Virus record (IMG/VR): IMGVR_UViG_3300024259_000010
Span: 171,834-235,833 of that record
Direction: 5' to 3' (one strand)
Length of the DNA: 64,000 nucleotides
The position numbers were made by a program, and so were the translations under genes. Shown here one piece after another: positions 9,220-19,631 of the stretch; within the stretch, counting starts at the first letter, position 1, and each line of letters opens with the position of its first letter. Under the pieces are notes generated by a model. That model ran no database searches. It worked only from the letters and a program-made list of their open reading frames with translations, and was not told the origin of the DNA.

Positions 9220-11475
9220 ATGGAATATATGAATACTCTTAATATTGAAAATAAAATTATCAAACGTGATGGATCTGTTGTGGAATACGATGGTTCTAAA
9301 ATCACAAAAGCTGTTTTAAAAGCAATCGAAAATGTTTCACAGGAGAATGTAGAAACTAATTACAAATTAGCTGAAGAGATCTCAGCTGCAGTAGAGAATG
9401 TTATTAAATGGAAGTTTGTTTCCATTGATGATAATATTGAAAATATCAACATTGAAGAAATTCAGAATATTGTAGAACAACAGATGATGTCTATGGGACA
9501 CTTTGATATTGGACGTTCGTTCATTGTACATCGTGAAGAACAGAAGCAAAAGCGTAATACACGACTACGCCCCGACATTACAGCTATTGAGGACTATGTA
9601 TTTACTAGTAAGTATGCGCGTTATATCCCAGAGCTTAATCGTCGTGAAACATTTGAAGAAACATGTACTCGTGTAAAAGATATGTTCATCAAACAATATC
9701 CTAATATTGAAGATGATATTGAATGGGCATTTGAACGTGTGCTTGATAAACAATGCCTACCTTCTATGCGTGCTATGCAATTTGGTGGTGTTCCAGTAGA
9801 ACGTCATAATGCAAGATTGTACAACTGTAGTTTCTCATTATGTGATAGAGTTGATTTCTTTAAAGAATCTATGTACTTATTACTATGTGGAGTTGGTGTT
9901 GGATTTAGTGTTGAGTTTGAACATGTTGAAAAGATTCCTAAGCTTGCACAGTCACTTGATAAACATGATGTTAAACATCATATCATTGCTGATAGTATTG
10001 AAGGTTGGGCTGATGCAATTAGTGAACTTGTCGACAGTTATATCAAAGGAACATATGTTGAATTCTCATATGCTGAGATTCGTCCATTCGGAGCTGCTAT
10101 CTCATCTGGTGGAAGAGCACCCGGTCATGTTGCATTAAAGAACTCTATTGAAAAATGTCGATTAGTTCTTGATGGTGCATTAGGTCGTCAGTTGAAACCT
10201 ATTGAATGTTATGACATGATTATGCATAGTGCCGATGCTGTACTAGCTGGTGGTGTGAGACGTAGTGCTTGTATTTGTTTGTTCTCCCAAGATGATGGTG
10301 AGATGATCAATGCTAAACGTGATAATTGGTTTGAAACTAATCCACAACGTGCTCGTTCTAATAACTCTGTTAAGCTCATCCGTAAAGATGTAACTAAAGC
10401 ACAGTTCATGCGTGTGTTCCAGAAGCAGAAAGAATGGGGTGAACCTGGATTCTTCTTTGCTAACGATCTTAATCATGGAACTAACCCTTGTTGTGAAATT
10501 GGACTCGATCCTACATTGGAAACAGAAGATGGATTAGTTACTGGTTGGCAGTTCTGTAACCTGACTGAGATCAATGGTAGTAAGTTAGTTAACGTAGATG
10601 CTTTTAGAGAAGCAGTTACAGCAGCTACTATTATTGGAACATGTCAAGCAGGATTTACAAGCTTCCCATATCTAGGAAGTGTTACTGAAGATATTTGTAA
10701 ACGTGATGCTCTATTGGGTGTATCTATTACAGGTATGATGGAACATCCTGATGTAGCATTAGATCCTGATACTCAGAAGATGATGGCTTTGTATGCAGTT
10801 GGTGTAAATGATAAGATGTCTAAGAAGATTAATATCAATCAAGCTAAACGTATTACTTGTGTTAAACCAGCTGGGACTACATCATTAGTATTAGGAACAG
10901 CTTCTGGTATTCATCCTCGACATGCTCGTAGATACTTCAGACGTGTTCAAGCAAGTATTGCAGATCCTGTCTACAAACACTTCAAAGCAGCTAATCCACA
11001 TATGTGTGAAGCATCTGTTTATAGTGCTAATCAAACTGATGATGTTATTTCATTCTGTATTGAATCTAGCCCTGATGCGATCCTACGTAAAGATGTTTCT
11101 GCTCTTGATCTACTTGGTCATGTTTTGAACACTCAGAACAACTGGGTTAAGTATGGTAATACTGTCGATATGGATGGTCTAAATCATAACGTTTCCAACA
11201 CCGTTACAGTAGCTGAAGGCGATTGGGATAAAGTATCGGAATTCATCTGGAACAACCGTAGCGACTTTACAGGTGTTACAACACTAGCTGACTTTGGTGA
11301 CAAGATGTACCAACAAGCTCCACATGAAGAAGTCACTACAAATGGTGATGAGAAAACATGGGGCGATACTATCTCTAAATTCAATAAAGTGGACTACACT
11401 GAATTGAAAGAACAAGAGGATGTCACAACATTAAATAAAGAAATTGCATGTGCCGGTGGTAAGTGTGATATCTAA
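9220..11475 (+). CDS. nrdJ: Class II (adenosylcobalamin-dependent) ribonucleotide reductase with N-terminal ATP-cone
   Basis: ATP-cone IIKRDGSVVEYDGSKITKAV. Motifs LPSMRAMQFGG, LYNCSF, GGVRRSA, GTNPCCEI, FCNLTEIN, TCVKPAGTTS and C-terminal ACAGGKCDI. No nrdB in the window. Confidence 0.92.
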   Translation: MEYMNTLNIENKIIKRDGSVVEYDGSKITKAVLKAIENVSQENVETNYKLAEEISAAVENVIKWKFVSIDDNIENINIEEIQNIVEQQMMSMGHFDIGRSFIVHREEQKQKRNTRLRPDITAIEDYVFTSKYARYIPELNRRETFEETCTRVKDMFIKQYPNIEDDIEWAFERVLDKQCLPSMRAMQFGGVPVERHNARLYNCSFSLCDRVDFFKESMYLLLCGVGVGFSVEFEHVEKIPKLAQSLDKHDVKHHIIADSIEGWADAISELVDSYIKGTYVEFSYAEIRPFGAAISSGGRAPGHVALKNSIEKCRLVLDGALGRQLKPIECYDMIMHSADAVLAGGVRRSACICLFSQDDGEMINAKRDNWFETNPQRARSNNSVKLIRKDVTKAQFMRVFQKQKEWGEPGFFFANDLNHGTNPCCEIGLDPTLETEDGLVTGWQFCNLTEINGSKLVNVDAFREAVTAATIIGTCQAGFTSFPYLGSVTEDICKRDALLGVSITGMMEHPDVALDPDTQKMMALYAVGVNDKMSKKININQAKRITCVKPAGTTSLVLGTASGIHPRHARRYFRRVQASIADPVYKHFKAANPHMCEASVYSANQTDDVISFCIESSPDAILRKDVSALDLLGHVLNTQNNWVKYGNTVDMDGLNHNVSNTVTVAEGDWDKVSEFIWNNRSDFTGVTTLADFGDKMYQQAPHEEVTTNGDEKTWGDTISKFNKVDYTELKEQEDVTTLNKEIACAGGKCDI

Positions 11476-11653
11476 GTTATATAACTTTATAACTAGACCA
11501 GATACCACATCATTATTTGGAAAAGTATTTCCATTGTGGTTATCCCTTATATGGGACATAGGGATTATGATATCTCTATTTCTTATATTTTGGGGTGGTA
11601 TGCTTGGTTTCGGAATAGTAGCTTTGAAATTTTTCCCAATCCTAGGAGGATAA
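11465..11653 (+). CDS. Small membrane protein (about two hydrophobic segments)
   Basis: Track ORF 11444-11653. A GTG at 11465 behind GGTGGT is a plausible start. Hydrophobic LWLSLIWDIGIMISLFLIFWGGMLGFGIVAL. Confidence 0.5.
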   Translation: MISKLYNFITRPDTTSLFGKVFPLWLSLIWDIGIMISLFLIFWGGMLGFGIVALKFFPILGG

Positions 11654-11654
11654 T

Positions 11655-12125
11655 ATGAAAGAAAATATGTATAATAAAAAACAGATAGCTGATTTCTTAA
11701 AGAAGCAGTTCCCAAGTAGTACAACTAAGATTGTACTTGAAGATGATCTTTATGAGATCTTACCTAAGAAGTTTTTCAAATTAAGTTTAATGCAGAGAAT
11801 CCTAGGAGTGAAAGCTTGGGAGTATGCATTGGGTGGAGCAGATTGTGGTAAACGTGCTGTTAGATTATGCGCATACTACTTCTCTAAGTTCCATGATAAA
11901 GGTGGTGTTAAGTTTTTCCAAGAAGGATTAATGCCTGCACCGATTGTTGGTATTGTTAAGTACAAACGTGAACGTCAACAAGATTGGCATATCATTCTAG
12001 CTACAGTTCTTGTAGAAGATGGTAAAATGAAACTCATGTTTATAGAACGCAAAAAAGATCATTTATGGTATCCTACTCTTAGTGATACTGAGATGAGATC
12101 TATTAAATATTTCCATTCGTATTAA
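11655..12125 (+). CDS. Hypothetical protein (possible Cys/His papain-like motif)
   Basis: GGAGG RBS; GGADCGKRA and WHIIL segments; function not assignable. Confidence 0.55.
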   Translation: MKENMYNKKQIADFLKKQFPSSTTKIVLEDDLYEILPKKFFKLSLMQRILGVKAWEYALGGADCGKRAVRLCAYYFSKFHDKGGVKFFQEGLMPAPIVGIVKYKRERQQDWHIILATVLVEDGKMKLMFIERKKDHLWYPTLSDTEMRSIKYFHSY

Positions 12126-12192
12126 TTAATTTGTTATAGGTTTAATACATTATATAGATTTAATAGAATCGTATTAATAAGGAGAAAGTAAC

Positions 12193-12771
12193 ATGGAAGA
12201 ACCTGCAGTTGAAGAAGTACAGGAACTTAACGTAGAAGAAATTGTTGATAACGTATCACCTGTTGAAAATAAAGAAGAAGATGATGGAACAGGTTTCCCA
12301 TTGTTAGAAGATATGTCTTTTCTAGAATCAGGTGGTGTTGACAAAGATGGTAATCCAGTTGTTGACCAAGCGGCTCTACAAAAGCAGCTCGAAGAATCTA
12401 AACGTTCTACTCTATTGAAAATGGAACACATTGAACAAACGATCACTGATGTACCTAGACCATCATCATGGACTGAAGCACATAAGTATGCGGATATCAT
12501 TATACGAGTAATGGATATGAAGCAACAATATGGTGAAGGCCCAACTGGTGATCCATCAGCTGTAATTAAACTCATGCCTAAAGATATCGCCGATAGAGAT
12601 CTTAAGGAAGAGTATCAAAAAGTTGAAGCTAAAGAATCTGACCTCAGTTTTCGTGGTCGTGAGTTAATCAGTAAGTTGTATTTCATTTATGGTAAACGCA
12701 CATATGCTAATATTGTAAGATCTGCCGCTAACACAGCAAAGGTAAATCTAGTTAAAAAATGGTGGGAGTAG
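12193..12771 (+). CDS. Hypothetical protein with acidic N-terminus
   Basis: AAGGAG RBS; abuts the helicase gene. Confidence 0.7.
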   Translation: MEEPAVEEVQELNVEEIVDNVSPVENKEEDDGTGFPLLEDMSFLESGGVDKDGNPVVDQAALQKQLEESKRSTLLKMEHIEQTITDVPRPSSWTEAHKYADIIIRVMDMKQQYGEGPTGDPSAVIKLMPKDIADRDLKEEYQKVEAKESDLSFRGRELISKLYFIYGKRTYANIVRSAANTAKVNLVKKWWE

Positions 12772-12772
12772 T

Positions 12773-14152
12773 ATGAGTAATAACGTATTCGAGTCACTAT
12801 ATGGAGATAGTCCTCCATTAACATTATTTAACACAGGTACATTGTTCGACCTTATGGCTGGAGCATATACTGTAGGCTCGGATGGTAAGTTTTATCTAAA
12901 TGGGGGTTTAGGTAATTTTATCACCGGTCTCCATGGAAGAGGTAATACTTTTAAAAGTACTCTTACTGATGCTCTTGTTATGGGTGTTCTTCGTAACTAT
13001 GATGATGTTCAATGCTTCTGTGTTGATACTGAACATAGTAAAGATAAAGCACGCATCATGTCCTTTGTTAATAGTGGTATATTTGAACCTACAGATGTAT
13101 CAGATAGATTCCATCTTAAAGCTGGTCCTGAATGGACTATCAATAAAGTATGGGATTTAGTTAAGCAAGTTTGTGAACTAAAGGCTAAGAATAAAAAAGC
13201 TCTTTATCAGAAAACTAACTTCCTAGATTATCATGGTAAACAGATGAATGTCTGGTCACCAACTATTATCTGGATCGATAGTTTCTCTCAACTTAAATCT
13301 GATGCAGAAGGTGATATCCTCGGATTGGATGCTGATGCTAAATCAAAGAAAGATGAGCGTGAAATAGAGAATAAGAAAAATAAGACTCTCTATATGGATG
13401 ATGGTAATAAGAAGACTATGTTGATGGCCGCATTAAATAAGATGTGTGCTGAGTATGGTATCATCATTACAACCACTGCTCATACTGGTGATAACTTTGC
13501 TATGGATGGTGCACCACCTTCTAAAGAGTTATTACATCAGAAACAAAAAGATAAGATCAAAGGAGTTGGATCTAAGTTCACAACATTGACACATGTTCTT
13601 ACTCAGGTACAATCCTGTAAGTTCTGTCAAGACAGTGCTAAGAAAGCTCTTTACTGTGATGGTGCAACTGCTGATCAAGATCTAAATGAATTAAGTGTTG
13701 TTATCAGTAGAAACAAAGTAGGTGCAAGTGGTATCTCTGTTCCATTCGTTGTATCCCAAGCACATGGATTGTTAAACGATGTTAGCAATCTTAACTTCTT
13801 GAGAACATATGGATATGAAGGTTTGACTGGCGGTGCTAGTAAACCTAACAATAGTTGTTCATGGTTGCCCGAAACTACCTTCACTCGAAACAATGTTAGA
13901 GAGAAGTTTAGAGGCGATTACCAACTATGTCGTGCAATGGAATTAGTTGCAAGATATAGATATATTCAATTATCATGGAATCTAAGTAAACTACCTATTG
14001 ATTTCACTCGACCACCCGAACAAGTATTCGACCTATTGACCAAGTCTTCAATGAAGATGGAAGATATTTTGAATACTACATCTAATTGGTCCTTTAAGAA
14101 ACGTGATCGTGAGTTCATGACTCTGTTCGACATTATTGGACAAATCAAATAA
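12773..14152 (+). CDS. phiKZ gp118-type DnaB-like (RecA-fold) replicative helicase
   Basis: LFNTGTLFDLMAGAY...YLNGGLG..ITGLHGRGNTFKST (variant Walker A), IIWIDSFS (Walker B) and SRNKVGASG, as recalled for this family. Confidence 0.75.
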   Translation: MSNNVFESLYGDSPPLTLFNTGTLFDLMAGAYTVGSDGKFYLNGGLGNFITGLHGRGNTFKSTLTDALVMGVLRNYDDVQCFCVDTEHSKDKARIMSFVNSGIFEPTDVSDRFHLKAGPEWTINKVWDLVKQVCELKAKNKKALYQKTNFLDYHGKQMNVWSPTIIWIDSFSQLKSDAEGDILGLDADAKSKKDEREIENKKNKTLYMDDGNKKTMLMAALNKMCAEYGIIITTTAHTGDNFAMDGAPPSKELLHQKQKDKIKGVGSKFTTLTHVLTQVQSCKFCQDSAKKALYCDGATADQDLNELSVVISRNKVGASGISVPFVVSQAHGLLNDVSNLNFLRTYGYEGLTGGASKPNNSCSWLPETTFTRNNVREKFRGDYQLCRAMELVARYRYIQLSWNLSKLPIDFTRPPEQVFDLLTKSSMKMEDILNTTSNWSFKKRDREFMTLFDIIGQIK

Positions 14153-14160
14153 ATTATATC

Positions 14161-14199
14161 TACAGTACTACGGGAAACCGTAGTACTGTAGTTCTTTTT
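14161..14199 (+). terminator. Intrinsic terminator
   Basis: TACAGTACTACGG-GAAA-CCGTAGTACTGTA followed by gttcttttt. Confidence 0.85.
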
Positions 14200-14209
14200 A
14201 GTTCAGATA

Positions 14210-14217
14210 TATATTAC
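14210..14217 (+). promoter_or_regulatory. phiKZ-type early promoter TATATTAC
   Basis: Exact TATATTAC followed by the conserved leader AACTAATTTAAATAAA and an RBS. Confidence 0.75.
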
Positions 14218-14259
14218 TTATTTAGATTAACTAATTTAAATAAATAAGAAAGGTATATT

Positions 14260-14718
14260 ATGAAAATTATTAAGAACATTGCGCGGTTGATTTTAATGGA
14301 TATGGCTATGTTATTGTTCAAGAACAATAGCGGATTCGTAGAAGCTATTCTAATGCAGTACTGTGGGGTTACAGAAGGAGCATGTTGTTTAGTAGGTTTC
14401 TTTGTCAAACAACATATCATATGTAATGTGAAAGACGAGCAGACGGCTCATGCATTTCTATTACATGAGGAAGGGCATAAGGATTTGATACTTCGAATCC
14501 GAATGCAGGTATTAAAAGGTAAAGCAGCACCTGGTATAGTGCTCGATTTAGAAGAAGAGATGATAGCCGATAACTATGCTACCAAGCGTGGATATGGTAA
14601 ACCCATATTAGATGCATTAAACAACCTATTAATGGGCAATACTGCTGACATTAGTGAAGGATGTATTGATCTTCTGACAACACGACGGAATAATATCTTA
14701 TCGCAATTGTTGGTATGA
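14260..14718 (+). CDS. Putative zinc metallopeptidase (HExxH)
   Basis: FLLHEEGH with downstream EEEMIADNYA (HExxH ... E..AD, M48/M56-like arrangement). Confidence 0.65.
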   Translation: MKIIKNIARLILMDMAMLLFKNNSGFVEAILMQYCGVTEGACCLVGFFVKQHIICNVKDEQTAHAFLLHEEGHKDLILRIRMQVLKGKAAPGIVLDLEEEMIADNYATKRGYGKPILDALNNLLMGNTADISEGCIDLLTTRRNNILSQLLV

Positions 14719-14808
14719 TATGACATTAATATGTGTAACAAAAGAGAGAGAGTGTAAACTCTCTTTTTTTTCTTTTTATCAATTTTTGAAAAACCTATAC
14801 TTGCCATT

Positions 14809-14829
14809 ATATGTATATAAATTTATAAA
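14809..14829 (+). promoter_or_regulatory. Candidate late promoter/leader (TATG core)
   Basis: ATATGTATATAAATTTATAAA, identical to 45948-45968; both copies precede virion genes. Confidence 0.55.
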
Positions 14830-14845
14830 AGCAAAAGGAGAGGCT

Positions 14846-16210
14846 ATGTTCGAAGTCATAAGCTCAGTCCCTGATATATTTAACACTGCTATCTATACTG
14901 TAGCTAGGCAGGCGTTTAATGAATTCACAGAACGTGCTGGTATTGCAGGATATTTTAAAAACAATATTAACTATAATTCACTTGGTACTAGTGTGTCAGG
15001 TTCTAATGATATTGGTGGTTTACCACTGATGCAACAGAATAGAGCAGATATTGCTATTCAATATAATTTTGGATTATTAGAACAACATTATGAAGTTGGT
15101 AAAACATCCGATGAGTATCAACAATCATTATCACATCTAAACCATGCTAATTACAAAGTTATTTTCACTGAACCACTTGATAGGATTTCAATTATTGAAT
15201 ACGATAGACCATTAACTATTACTCTCAGTTGTGTATTATTTCTAAATGATCTAGTTAGCGCTACAGATGTACAACAGCGTCTACAATCTATTTTCACTAA
15301 CGGTGTCATAACACATGATATCATGTACTCATATTTCTTACCGCCTAATGTTTATGTGAGATTATATGAACTGTATAAGTTTGCAGGAAATGATCCTCAG
15401 GATTTCATGGCACATATTGCTAAGTTCTCAGGTGATAGAATTATGAAGACTGTCAATAGACATGATAATTCAGATAGTGCATTATCTGTTAAGAAAACAA
15501 AGACAGGCATTGTATCTAGTATTGAACCTATACAGGGGACACCCACCCCAGTTGGTAATGAAAACTCTCCTGATATGTATGAGATGTCGTTATCAATAAA
15601 TACACAATTATCCATGTCTAATCTAATAGGTATTTCATATCCTATCGTTATAGATAATAAATTGGTACCAAGAGAATATATAACTTTAAAAGATACTCAT
15701 ATATTCACTCCACCTAATACTACACATCCATACTTCTCTGTAGATAAATATATTAATTTATTGAAAGATGAAATGACAGTACCAGAGAAACCAGTACACA
15801 TACCTTGGTATGATAAATGGACTCCACCTGTAATCAAGATAATGCATAAGTATAAACCTTTTTTTATCTCTGTTGTGCTTCTTGATAATATCGCTGATGA
15901 TAATGCTTTTACTGATATTGATTTAGATGGTGACTTAGGAGGTGTTACATTAATACCTAGTGTTGTCAATGCCATTAGAGATCAGGGTGATAGTAGTTTA
16001 TATCTAATTGAAAATATAAATATTAGTTTATATAGAAATGATATAATGGTAGAACCATCGACATTAGAATTTGTAAACGGCACCACACTTCGTATTCATA
16101 ATAGAAATACCAATGGTGTATATCGATTAGTAATATCAGCCACTGACGTTATTCTAGGTTCTCTTCGTGAGATTAGAATCATTAATGCTGACATTATTGC
16201 AAAAACGTAA
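14846..16210 (+). CDS. phiKZ-like virion structural protein (gp127-like)
   Basis: Start moved to ATG 14846 behind AAGGAGAGG. First gene of a co-directional block whose order resembles phiKZ gp127-130; the W.P / IPWYD.W.PP segment resembles that family. Confidence 0.5.
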   Translation: MFEVISSVPDIFNTAIYTVARQAFNEFTERAGIAGYFKNNINYNSLGTSVSGSNDIGGLPLMQQNRADIAIQYNFGLLEQHYEVGKTSDEYQQSLSHLNHANYKVIFTEPLDRISIIEYDRPLTITLSCVLFLNDLVSATDVQQRLQSIFTNGVITHDIMYSYFLPPNVYVRLYELYKFAGNDPQDFMAHIAKFSGDRIMKTVNRHDNSDSALSVKKTKTGIVSSIEPIQGTPTPVGNENSPDMYEMSLSINTQLSMSNLIGISYPIVIDNKLVPREYITLKDTHIFTPPNTTHPYFSVDKYINLLKDEMTVPEKPVHIPWYDKWTPPVIKIMHKYKPFFISVVLLDNIADDNAFTDIDLDGDLGGVTLIPSVVNAIRDQGDSSLYLIENINISLYRNDIMVEPSTLEFVNGTTLRIHNRNTNGVYRLVISATDVILGSLREIRIINADIIAKT

Positions 16211-16228
16211 TTTAAGGGAGAATATACT

Positions 16229-17833
16229 ATGGGAATTCCAAGTATAAGCGGAGAGTCCGGTGCAGATCCTGTACCAGATATCCAAGAGAATGAAAAAGTA
16301 ATAGGGGTTGAGAAAGCAGCAGGTGATGCACTTGAGATCTTTCCACAACGCCCACAGATTTATAATACTCAGTCTAATAACACAACTCTTCATATGGATA
16401 CTGATGTTGAAATCATTAGTGCTATTAAAGGATATGTTGAAGGTACTCCAATCAAAGTTGATTACTATCATCAGATTCAAGGTAATGCCACTGACAATAG
16501 TAATGTCTCAATCATATCTTTTTTAGCAGATAGTGTTAACACATCATATCTACGTATTGTTAATATGGAGATACGTCTTAAAGAACCTATGACCTTTAAT
16601 TATAATACTGAGGTCAATACTTCTGAAGTTACAACAACTGCAGTTACATACCCTGGGTTTAATCCTAGAGCTGGTGACATGTTTGTATATTCAATTGATA
16701 ATGGTACTACTGGTTTATTCAAAGTCAATACTATTCCAGAACGACTAGCTATTTCCAATCAAACAGCTTACCAGTTCTCATGTATTCTTGTTCGTATTCT
16801 AGATACTAATGATTTAGAATCTATTATGGAACGTGTTAGAGAAACAGCATACTTTAATAAGAAAAGATTCTTATCTGAAAATACTGCTTTGTTGACACAT
16901 CAAGAAGTTGTGGATTTAGATTATATTAATAAATCTATTACTGAACTGATTGATCATTATGGAGCACACTTCTATAGTCCAACAGATAAATCTATCTGGA
17001 GACCTGATGCGAAGTATGATCCATACATGGTAGCATTTGTTCATAAGGCAATTGGTAGATATCTTGACAAACGGTACACGATGCAATTGTTTGAAGATGT
17101 TACTGATAAGATCGTATGGAGACAATCTCTTTATTATAAATTATTAGCACGTGATAATCTGAGTGATTTGCTAAATACAGCAAGTGTTCGAATGGTTGAA
17201 TACAGTGCGTATAGTAGTGTTATAAATGGATTGGTAAATAGAGATGCTATCGTATTAGATCCAGATGGTGATATTGACTATATGAATACAAATATTATTT
17301 CACTCGATAGTTCTACATATACAGACTTTGATAAAGTAGTATCATTGCTTTTACGTTATGGTGTTATAGCTTACGAGACTGTTAAATCTATGATAGTTAA
17401 TATCAGAAGTGAAGATCCTCTCACACAGTTCTACCAGATACCTATTCTTATTTATATAATGAAAATGATGAAGTCTGGTATTGAAACTGGTAAAGCGGTT
17501 AATTATACAATTGAGGATGTACCTGTATATGTTGATATTAATTTCACATCATTGACTTGGAAAGAAGCGAATCTTGAAAGTAGAGATGAGTGGGATACTG
17601 TCAGTGTTGTAGACGATACTGTACCAGAACCAGTATTGATTATTGAAACTAACGGTGCTTCTATTCTTGGTATAATCACTAATGATGGAACTGTATTATA
17701 TCCAAACAGTGCAGATATTATTATGGTTGGAACAATAGCCACCATTGATATGCACATTATTATGCAAGAGTATGCTATTACTGAAATAGAAGGGTTATGG
17801 AAAGTAGTAACAACTAATGCTATATTAGGTTAA
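16229..17833 (+). CDS. phiKZ-like virion/baseplate structural protein (gp128-like)
   Basis: YVEGTPIKVDYYHQ, YLRIVNMEIRL, YPGFNPRAGDMFVYSIDNG..GLFKV and YDPYMVAF match recalled motifs of this family. Confidence 0.65.
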   Translation: MGIPSISGESGADPVPDIQENEKVIGVEKAAGDALEIFPQRPQIYNTQSNNTTLHMDTDVEIISAIKGYVEGTPIKVDYYHQIQGNATDNSNVSIISFLADSVNTSYLRIVNMEIRLKEPMTFNYNTEVNTSEVTTTAVTYPGFNPRAGDMFVYSIDNGTTGLFKVNTIPERLAISNQTAYQFSCILVRILDTNDLESIMERVRETAYFNKKRFLSENTALLTHQEVVDLDYINKSITELIDHYGAHFYSPTDKSIWRPDAKYDPYMVAFVHKAIGRYLDKRYTMQLFEDVTDKIVWRQSLYYKLLARDNLSDLLNTASVRMVEYSAYSSVINGLVNRDAIVLDPDGDIDYMNTNIISLDSSTYTDFDKVVSLLLRYGVIAYETVKSMIVNIRSEDPLTQFYQIPILIYIMKMMKSGIETGKAVNYTIEDVPVYVDINFTSLTWKEANLESRDEWDTVSVVDDTVPEPVLIIETNGASILGIITNDGTVLYPNSADIIMVGTIATIDMHIIMQEYAITEIEGLWKVVTTNAILG

Positions 17834-17843
17834 GGAGGAACCC

Positions 17844-18296
17844 ATGCCAGTAAGACAAGTATATAGTGATCTATCTAAGATCATTAATCAAACAATGTGG
17901 ACTGTTCGTGTGGAAGATGGTAAGGATTTACATGTGCCTTATTACTATCGTAAATATCCAGAACGTGCTCCTTTTTATGATTCATGTAATGTGATGTCTA
18001 AGTCTAAACAAACTATCCACAACATGGTTATGATGGTTAGTGCTGACATCACATTTTCAATCCCTGATGAGCAGGATTATCTATCTATCTATAACTACTT
18101 AGAGGAATATACTAAGACACTTAAGAAATATACTGCTAGTGCCTTATCAACTAATCCTAATGTTAGATACTTAAAAAAATGTGAATTAGCATTAAAATTG
18201 TTTAAAGACACTCGTGATTGGAAAGCGAAGAAAGTCACTAATAGAAGCAAGTTTAATGAGCAAACTCAATTAGCAGATGTTCTAAGGAATATCTAG
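17844..18296 (+). CDS. Conserved phiKZ-like protein (gp129-like)
   Basis: Position in the block; D..SIYNYLEEY motif. Confidence 0.45.
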   Translation: MPVRQVYSDLSKIINQTMWTVRVEDGKDLHVPYYYRKYPERAPFYDSCNVMSKSKQTIHNMVMMVSADITFSIPDEQDYLSIYNYLEEYTKTLKKYTASALSTNPNVRYLKKCELALKLFKDTRDWKAKKVTNRSKFNEQTQLADVLRNI

Positions 18297-18308
18297 GAAG
18301 GTATATAA

Positions 18309-19631
18309 ATGCAGAGTCCTCTTTATATGTCGGAATCATTCCACACAGTAATAAAAGAAATAATGGAGTTTAAAGAATCGAATACTTTAACTGTGTCATG
18401 TTCTTTTATGCTGGAGAATGGTGAAACTATTGATTTTACTCCAGGAGTTATTTCACGATTTGAAGTTGAACAAAACTTTTATGGAGCTATTGCTGATACT
18501 GTTACTATTGATATAGCAATGACTACAGCTACATATATGAAGGTAGTTGAATTTAGGCAAAACATAATAGCTAAAATAGATATAGTACAATCTTCTCCGG
18601 CTGGTAAATCTAGAAAAGATTATTTCAAGTCATTAAGATATAATGCGATTCTACTTAACTATGAAGACCCTTCTTTCCATGCACCAATTAAATCATTGGA
18701 ACATGTTGAGTCCGAAGAATCATCTGAGTTTAAAACATTCACTGTAGAATTCGATCTGATACCAATGTCTATTTATAAAGTAAAGAAAAATAAGTTTAAC
18801 TTTATTTTAAATAAGGCTACGATGGAAGATACTATATTAATGATAGCTGACATATTAGGATTTAAAGAAATATATTTAGTACCACCTGATAACACAGTTG
18901 AATATTTGAATGTTGTAATACCACCTTTATTAGAAATGCAAGATATCTTTGATTTCTTACAGGACTCTGATGCATATGGTATTTACGACAATGGTGTAAG
19001 TTATTATATCTATAATGATATATTATATATTTACCCTATGTTTAACAACCTAACTAACACTCCTGGATTTAATGTTTATAGTGTTGGGGTAGGGTCATAT
19101 GCAGGTTCAACTAATTTCTTTAAACTTGATCCTAATGGTGATTTATATGTTATGAACAATAACAAATTAAACATATCAACACCATCGCAAGCTAATGTTG
19201 AAAATATTGGTACTTCAATGATTGTCAATACTCCACATAAACATATTGATGGATCTGGTAAGCTCACAGCAGATGGTTTATTCACTGTTGATCCAGAGTT
19301 TATCACAAGTGTGTCAATTGAGTCAGATCCCTCAGGAGTTATGGGTGAATCATTTACCCAGACTTATGAGACTACTGATAATCTAAATGCAATGCATACT
19401 GTCTTAAGTGGCAACCTATATAAAACAATTGGATTTATATGGCCGTTTGCATTACCATTTATGGTATTACCAACAAGTAATGTCAAGTTTGTTTATGAAG
19501 ACGGATCTCATATCCAGACTCTGGTAGGTTGGTGTACATATGCTAAATATAGTTTTGCCAAAACACAAAGTATTAATAAGGATACATTTGCTTGCAAAGC
19601 AGATATTGTATTAGGTTTATTAACTGATTAA
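18309..19631 (+). CDS. phiKZ-like baseplate/virion protein (gp130-like)
   Basis: Size and synteny. PPDN...YLNVVIPP and YGIYDNGVSYYIY....YIYPMF segments resemble that family. Confidence 0.55.
   Translation: MQSPLYMSESFHTVIKEIMEFKESNTLTVSCSFMLENGETIDFTPGVISRFEVEQNFYGAIADTVTIDIAMTTATYMKVVEFRQNIIAKIDIVQSSPAGKSRKDYFKSLRYNAILLNYEDPSFHAPIKSLEHVESEESSEFKTFTVEFDLIPMSIYKVKKNKFNFILNKATMEDTILMIADILGFKEIYLVPPDNTVEYLNVVIPPLLEMQDIFDFLQDSDAYGIYDNGVSYYIYNDILYIYPMFNNLTNTPGFNVYSVGVGSYAGSTNFFKLDPNGDLYVMNNNKLNISTPSQANVENIGTSMIVNTPHKHIDGSGKLTADGLFTVDPEFITSVSIESDPSGVMGESFTQTYETTDNLNAMHTVLSGNLYKTIGFIWPFALPFMVLPTSNVKFVYEDGSHIQTLVGWCTYAKYSFAKTQSINKDTFACKADIVLGLLTD

Noticed and set aside
11465-11653. Holin call for the small two-helix membrane ORF
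   Set aside because: No endolysin or spanin nearby; hydrophobicity alone is insufficient.
12174-12575. Antisense and alternative-frame ORFs in the track (for example 12174, 23410, 34593, 57296, 62893)
   Set aside because: They lie inside longer, motif-bearing genes, lack RBSs and look like shadow frames.
12773-14152. RecA/UvsX recombinase call
   Set aside because: The fold is RecA-like, but the N-terminal LFN.G.L.D...G.Y...G...LNGG motif fits the gp118-type DnaB family better.
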